A stretch of 64,000 bases of DNA from Terriglobia bacterium (GTDB lineage: Bacteria > Acidobacteriota > Terriglobia > 20CM-2-55-15), in the NCBI GenBank assembly GCA_965198225.1, contig CBDAOY010000007.1, positions 704,001 to 768,000 of the forward strand, read 5' to 3'. Below are positions 59,064 to 64,000 of this stretch, piece by piece. A program made the translations under genes and the position numbers. A model generated the notes under the pieces. The model had not been told where the DNA came from. It saw only the letters and a list, made by a program, of their open reading frames with translations, and ran no database searches. Positions within the stretch are counted from its first letter, which is position 1. Each line of letters begins with the position of its first letter.

Positions 59064-60698
59064 ATGTCCAGCCAAATTCTTTCGGGGCGTTTTCATGGCG
59101 ATCGGCCGGCACCTAATGCCTTCGGCACTCGCTCGCCTGTGCTCGGAACCCACGGCATGGTGGCGACATCTCAGCCTCTGGCCTCGGCCGCCGCGTTGCG
59201 TGTCCTGCAGGACGGAGGGAACGCCATCGACGCGGCGATCTCGGCCGGCGCGGTGTTGAATGTCGTGGAGCCGATGAGCACCGGCATCGGCGGTGACATG
59301 TTCGCGCTTGTTTTCATGCAGAAGGATGGCAAGACGGTGGGGCTGAACGGCAGTGGCTGGTCCGGGTCGGGCTCGACGATCGATTTCTTCCGGCGGAACG
59401 GCCTGGACTCGATCTCGAGTGACAGCATCCATTCGGTGTCGGTTCCGGGTGCCGTCGATGGATGGTTCACGCTGCACGACCGGTACGGGGTTCTTCCGAT
59501 GCCTCGCCTGCTCGAGCCCTCCATCGAATATGCCGAGGATGGGTTCGCTGTATCGGAGGTCATCGCCGGGCAGTGGAAGCGCAACGAAGAACGTCTGCAG
59601 AGGTATCCCACGACCGCTCGGAGCTACCTGATCGGCGGCCGCACACCCAAGCACGGCGAGCTGTTTCGTTCTCCGGGCCTGGCCCGAAGCCTTCGGGAGA
59701 TATCGGAAGGTGGCCGCGAGGCGTTCTACAAGGGCAGGATTGCCGAGGAGATCGTGCGATGCTCGGATGAGCTGGGAGGCTTCCTGACGATGGACGATCT
59801 CGGTGAGTTCCGCGCGGAGTGGGTCGACCCGATCAGTACTGAGTACCGAAGGCACCAGGTGTTCGAACTGCCGGCCAACACGCAGGGACTGGTCGCGCTC
59901 GAAATGCTCAACATTCTCGAAGAGTTCGACCTCGCCGGGATGGGACACAATTCTACGGAGTACCTGCACCGATTCATCGAGACCAAGAAGCTTGCGTTTG
60001 CGGACCGGGACGCTTATATCGCGGATCCGAGCCGGGCGAGCATCCCGATGGAGGGCCTGATTTCGAAGGGCTATGCCTCCGATCGCCGCCGGCTGATCGA
60101 CCCGAACCTGGCCGCCGCGGCAACCCAGCCCGGGCTCCCGGAGCAGGGAGACACCGTCTACCTGAGCGTCGTCGACGGGGAACGGAACGCCGTTTCGTTC
60201 ATAAACAGCCTGTTCTGGGGTTTCGGCTCGTCGATCGTCGCCGGGGACACCGGTATCTTCCTGCAGAACCGGGCGTCTCTGTTCTCGTTAGATTCACACC
60301 ATCCGAACAAGGTCGAACCCCGTAAGAGACCGCTCCACACGCTGATCCCGGGCATGGTGCTCCGGGACGGGCGTCCCTGCTTCTCGTTCGGAGTGATGGG
60401 CGGAGACATGCAGCCGCAGGGCCATGCGCAAGTGCTCGCCAACCTGATCGACTTCGGGATGGACGCCCAGGAAGCCGGAGAGGCCCCCCGTTTCTGTCAC
60501 TCGTCCGAGGGCGTCTCTCTGGAGTCGGCCATCAGTGGGCGGGTTCGCTCACAGTTGGCCGAGAAGGGACACGACATCATCTCCGGCCAGGGTCCGTTCG
60601 GCTTCGGCGGCTACCAGGGCATCTGGATCGACCCTGAAAGCAACGTTCTCTTCGGCGGCTCGGATCCGAGAAAAGATGGATGTGCGATGGGGTGGTAA
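59064..60698 (+). CDS. ggt: Gamma-glutamyltransferase
   Basis: GGNAIDAA, GIGGD, DTVYL (Thr nucleophile), RPLHT, GVMGG, DPRKDG. Confidence 0.94.
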   Translation: MSSQILSGRFHGDRPAPNAFGTRSPVLGTHGMVATSQPLASAAALRVLQDGGNAIDAAISAGAVLNVVEPMSTGIGGDMFALVFMQKDGKTVGLNGSGWSGSGSTIDFFRRNGLDSISSDSIHSVSVPGAVDGWFTLHDRYGVLPMPRLLEPSIEYAEDGFAVSEVIAGQWKRNEERLQRYPTTARSYLIGGRTPKHGELFRSPGLARSLREISEGGREAFYKGRIAEEIVRCSDELGGFLTMDDLGEFRAEWVDPISTEYRRHQVFELPANTQGLVALEMLNILEEFDLAGMGHNSTEYLHRFIETKKLAFADRDAYIADPSRASIPMEGLISKGYASDRRRLIDPNLAAAATQPGLPEQGDTVYLSVVDGERNAVSFINSLFWGFGSSIVAGDTGIFLQNRASLFSLDSHHPNKVEPRKRPLHTLIPGMVLRDGRPCFSFGVMGGDMQPQGHAQVLANLIDFGMDAQEAGEAPRFCHSSEGVSLESAISGRVRSQLAEKGHDIISGQGPFGFGGYQGIWIDPESNVLFGGSDPRKDGCAMGW

Positions 60699-60751
60699 CC
60701 ACCCCGTCTGCGCCTTTTGCGCAGCCGCCCCTCTTGAATCAGGAGGGGAGT
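60697..60751. repeat. REP-like element ACCACCCCGTCTGCGCC...CCCCTC-n-GAGGGG; partial copies at 59008-59027 and 45750-45773 (minus)
   Basis: Shared aacc(a)ccccgtctgc(g/a)cctt string; terminal hairpin cccctc-ttgaatcag-gagggg. Confidence 0.6.
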
Positions 60752-60760
60752 CCAAGGGAA

Positions 60761-60862
60761 GTGACTCGTGACAAGAGACGAGTGACGAGTAGGACCGGCC
60801 GCCGCCGGGACCGGTAATCCGATTCCCTCCGACTCGTCACTTGTCACTGGTCACTTGTCACT
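60761..60862. repeat. Heptamer array family C (GTGACGA/GTGACAA) as an inverted pair; also 8261-8284, 18369-18391, 58974-59006
   Basis: gtgactcgtgacaagagacgagtgacgagt ... actcgtcacttgtcactggtcacttgtcac. Confidence 0.65.
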
Positions 60863-60932
60863 TAAATCCCCCCGCCACTCTGCTATCATAGGATTCTGCA
60901 GGTTCTCATAAACTCGGAGGGCAAGACGACAG

Positions 60933-61118
60933 ATGGCAGGTGGAAAGCTCAGCAAGACGGCGCGCGCGAGTCTAGGAAAAGGTAAGGAAACTGGCGCGGC
61001 CAAGATCTGTCCACAGTGCGAAACTCCGATGGTGGCGACCAAAGTGATCAAGTCAGCCCGGGCGCCCGGGGGCATGTACTGGGTATGTCCCAAGGACGAT
61101 TTCAGGGTCAAGACATAG
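60933..61118 (+). CDS. Small basic zinc-ribbon-like protein (61 aa)
   Basis: CPQC...WVCPKD; GGAGG RBS and TATCAT -10-like box upstream. Confidence 0.65.
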   Translation: MAGGKLSKTARASLGKGKETGAAKICPQCETPMVATKVIKSARAPGGMYWVCPKDDFRVKT

Positions 61119-61198
61119 AACTCCGTCTATGACGACCCGTAAAGGGTTGTATGTCCGAAGTCTTTAACTGATAATGTGTTACCGAAAGTCGGGCAGCG

Positions 61199-61414
61199 AT
61201 GGATCATGATTTCCTAGATGGTATTGACGAGCACTTCGAGCGGCTGATGAAGCGGCACGGAAACGGCAGAAACAACGGCCGCCGCAACGGCCGATCAAGA
61301 GATCGGACCCTCGTCGAAATCATGGAAGAGTTAGACGGAATGACCTCGAGCCAGAAACACGAAGTTCTGAGCTTCATCCAGTCCTTGAGAGGAGACTCGG
61401 AACCGACCGACTAG
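61199..61414 (+). CDS. Hypothetical protein (71 aa)
   Basis: ORF co-oriented with neighbours, helical C-terminus; no family recognised. Confidence 0.5.
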   Translation: MDHDFLDGIDEHFERLMKRHGNGRNNGRRNGRSRDRTLVEIMEELDGMTSSQKHEVLSFIQSLRGDSEPTD

Positions 61415-61456
61415 CATTCCCCGAAGCACTTCCCGACCCGCCGCGGAGACGCTCAA

Positions 61457-61831
61457 ATGGCAGAGCAAAAACCCAGGCGAGCCCGCCTGGTGTTCCTGAT
61501 GTGGTTGCTCGTCGCGATCTTCTATGCCTATCTGGCGTCGGACTACGTTCAGGTCGTCATGCGTGACGACGAGTTCGCACAATATCTTCAGGTGTCGGTG
61601 CAACTGGTCGGGGCCCAGGACCGTACGAGTCGCGAACTACGCCAGCTCGTGATGGCGAAAGCGCGGGAACTGGAGATTCCAATCGACCCCGAACGGGTGC
61701 AGATCAGCGGGGAAAGACAGACGCTCCGGCTGAACGTCGGCTACGAAGTCGACATCGCCATACCCCTCATTTCCGAGGCCGGCTATCAGAAGGATTTCGA
61801 GCACGAAGTCAGCTTTGGCGGCTCGCAGTGA
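61457..61831 (+). CDS. Single-TM pilin-like protein (DUF4845-like)
   Basis: N-terminal TM helix, alpha-beta body ending YEVDIAIP...DFEH; GGAG RBS. Confidence 0.55.
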   Translation: MAEQKPRRARLVFLMWLLVAIFYAYLASDYVQVVMRDDEFAQYLQVSVQLVGAQDRTSRELRQLVMAKARELEIPIDPERVQISGERQTLRLNVGYEVDIAIPLISEAGYQKDFEHEVSFGGSQ

Positions 61832-61855
61832 TGAGAAGCCACTAGCTCAGCGCTT

Positions 61856-62317
61856 CTACGCCTCGCCCATATCCACAAGGACGTTCCTGTAAACCCGGTA
61901 GAAACTCTCGAATTCAGTGAGGCCCTTCTTCAGGATCGCTCCGAGGTTGGATAAGTCGTTAGGGTTCACGACCAGGTGGACGCTCTGGGCGTAGGCCTGC
62001 ATCGCGTCGAGTGTTCGGAAGGAGTCGCCGACGAGCGCGACGTAGGTGTAGCGACGCTGGGCCATCGGCAACGGAACGAGGTAGTTTAGAACCGCGTTCG
62101 TCGCGAGAATCGAGCTGCTGAACGTCTCGCTGACGACGATCACGTCGTAGGTCGTGTACTTCATCCGCTCGATCGCTCGTTCCGACGTTTCTGCCGTGTG
62201 GCACTTCAAGTCGAGCTCTCCCAGGATAGTCTTCAGCGTATCGGCCGCCGTGGAGTCATCGCAGATCAGCGCCGTCTTGTCTCCAATTTCGAAGAATTCG
62301 CTCTGTTCGGTGCTCAT
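61856..62317 (-). CDS. Receiver-like hypothetical protein in pilT operon
   Basis: ALICDD...YDVIVV receiver-like pattern without the complete phospho-site; co-oriented with pilT/pilU. Confidence 0.65.
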   Translation of the reverse strand: MSTEQSEFFEIGDKTALICDDSTAADTLKTILGELDLKCHTAETSERAIERMKYTTYDVIVVSETFSSSILATNAVLNYLVPLPMAQRRYTYVALVGDSFRTLDAMQAYAQSVHLVVNPNDLSNLGAILKKGLTEFESFYRVYRNVLVDMGEA

Positions 62318-62319
62318 GG

Positions 62320-63483
62320 CTATTTCTTCCCGTATTCCGCGTCGAGCGAGAGACCGGCCAGCCCGCTCGTGTCCTCTCCCCGTTCCTTCTTGATCCTGTC
62401 GATGCCCCGAGAAACCACGCCCTTGCTCGTACAGTAGAGCAGGGCCGATTCTTCAGTGATCAAGCCCTTCGTGTACAGGTCGATCATCGTCATGTCGAAG
62501 TTGGTCCATCCGAACGAGCCGGCTGCCTCGATGATTTCGTAGAAGGTCTTGCCCTCCGATTCCCCGTTCTCGACGCAGTCTTTGACTCTCATGTTGTTTC
62601 CCATGATCTCCAGAGCGGCCACTCGACCGCCCCCGACCTTGGGCAGGAGTCGCTGGGCAACGATCCAGCGCAGGGTTTCCGCAAGACGGATCCGGATCTG
62701 CTTCTCCTCTTCCTGCTCGAACATACCAATGATCCGGTTGATCGTCTGACCCGCGTTGATCGTGTGGAGGGTGCTCATGACCAAATGGCCCGTTTCGGCC
62801 GCCGACAGGCCGATCTCGACGGTCTCCCGGTCGCGCATCTCACCAACGAGGATGACTTTGGGCGCCTGCCGGAGAGCGGCACGGAGGCCCGACGCAAACG
62901 TGTCGTAGTCTCCGCCCATCTCCCGCTGGTTGAAAGTAGCCTTCTTCTGGGGGTGGACGAACTCGACGGGGTCTTCCAGGGTCACGATGTGGATGGATTT
63001 CGATTCATTCAGCTCGTTCAACAGCGCAGCAAGCGTCGTCGATTTTCCGCTGCCCGTTGCGCCGGTCACGAGAACCAGGCCCGTCTTCTCCTTAGCCATT
63101 TCGTCGAAGACCGAGGGCAGGTTCAACTGGGCCAGCGTCGGGATATCGGTCGAGAGCCTCCTCAAGATGATCGTGTAGTGGCCGCGCTGCGTGAAGATAT
63201 TGACGCGGAACCGGGCTTTCTGGCCGAGGGAATAGGACTGGTCGCACGAACCGGTTTTCAACAGGTCGATCGTCAAGCGGGTGCTGCTGTTCATCAGATT
63301 CAGGGCCAAGGTCTCCGTCTGGAAGGGAGTCAGCCTGTCGATCGGCGGATCAATGTCGACCTCGACGAGCTGCCCGGAAGACTCTACCTGGAACGGTTTG
63401 TCCGCCGTGATGTTCAGGTCGGACACTCCCGAATGGGAGTCCAACATCGTACCGAGAACATAGTCGACTTCGGCCTTTCTCAT
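62320..63483 (-). CDS. PilT/PilU-family type IV pilus retraction ATPase
   Basis: RFRVNIF, GATGSGKSTT, TLEDPVE, LRQAPKVILVGEMRD, ETGHLVMSTLHT. Confidence 0.93.
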   Translation of the reverse strand: MRKAEVDYVLGTMLDSHSGVSDLNITADKPFQVESSGQLVEVDIDPPIDRLTPFQTETLALNLMNSSTRLTIDLLKTGSCDQSYSLGQKARFRVNIFTQRGHYTIILRRLSTDIPTLAQLNLPSVFDEMAKEKTGLVLVTGATGSGKSTTLAALLNELNESKSIHIVTLEDPVEFVHPQKKATFNQREMGGDYDTFASGLRAALRQAPKVILVGEMRDRETVEIGLSAAETGHLVMSTLHTINAGQTINRIIGMFEQEEEKQIRIRLAETLRWIVAQRLLPKVGGGRVAALEIMGNNMRVKDCVENGESEGKTFYEIIEAAGSFGWTNFDMTMIDLYTKGLITEESALLYCTSKGVVSRGIDRIKKERGEDTSGLAGLSLDAEYGKK

Positions 63484-63505
63484 CGTGCACTACTCCCGGG
63501 CTGTC

Positions 63506-64000
63506 TTACTGCCATTCCTCCGGCGGGTTCTTCAGCAGCGGACGGAATTTGTTCTTGTCGTTGGCCTTGTCGTAGGCGTCTTCGGGGCTGATCATCTTCT
63601 TGTTCAGCATGTCCATAATCGCGTCGTCGAGCGTCTGCATCCCGTACTTCTTTCCCACCTGCAGCATGCCGGGAATCTGGAACGTCTTGGCTTCACGGAT
63701 CAGATTCGATATGGCCGGGGTTACCACCAGGATCTCGAGAGCCGCCGCGCGTCCCTTCTTGTCGATGCGCTTGAAGAGGTTTTGTGCCACGACGCCCTTG
63801 AGAGCTTCCGACAAAGTATTTCGGATCTGGTTCTGCTGGCCGGCCGGAAACACGTCGATGACACGGTCGATGGTCTTCGGGGCACTGGGCGTATGCAGGG
63901 TTCCGAAAACGAGGTGGCCGGTTGCAGCCGCCTCGAGGGCCAACTGGATGGTTTCCAGGTCGCGCATCTCGCCGACCAGGATGATGTCGGGGTCTTCGCG
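63506..64000 (-). CDS. pilT: Type IV pilus retraction ATPase PilT (partial, start beyond window end)
   Basis: REDPDIILVGEMRDLETI, TGHLVFGTLHT, AISNLIRE, GMQTLD. Confidence 0.92.
   Translation of the reverse strand, partial: REDPDIILVGEMRDLETIQLALEAAATGHLVFGTLHTPSAPKTIDRVIDVFPAGQQNQIRNTLSEALKGVVAQNLFKRIDKKGRAAALEILVVTPAISNLIREAKTFQIPGMLQVGKKYGMQTLDDAIMDMLNKKMISPEDAYDKANDKNKFRPLLKNPPEEWQ

Overview
GC-rich bacterial chromosome segment. Gene order and protein styles suggest Acidobacteriota (inference). Most of it is housekeeping: mlaD/F/E, aroC, def-fmt-PASTA-rpe-bamD, receiver-valS-nadC-birA-coaX, a peptide ABC transporter, tRNA-Phe, ileS (type 2), recA, hbd/thiolase, tonB, lspA-rluA, RNase P RNA, rpmE-DUF1385-prfA-prmC, rpsA-sppA-HU/IHF-HIT, ggt and pilT/pilU. 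A more accessory stretch (~18.4-33 kb) carries an egtD plus OvoA/EgtB-like sulfoxide synthase pair, an S9 peptidase, a GT9-like/HEAT protein, DUF3179 and several MITE-like elements. The main features missed by the ORF track are: (1) an OsmC-family ORF read through an in-frame UGA at the catalytic Cys position, a probable selenoprotein; (2) an RNase P RNA of about 530 nt whose P12 helix contains a GTAG-type REP doublet also found between genes; (3) a 68-nt insertion splitting prmC, an out-of-frame deletion in the nearby DUF1385 gene and a frameshift in a RimI-like gene, which are either real lesions or assembly errors; (4) many intergenic repeat families (REP doublets, CTAG-ended MITEs, heptamer and nonamer arrays), several of which supply stop codons. 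No CRISPR array, transposase, integrase or rRNA was seen. I found no clearly new multi-gene system. All family assignments are by motif recognition, not database search.
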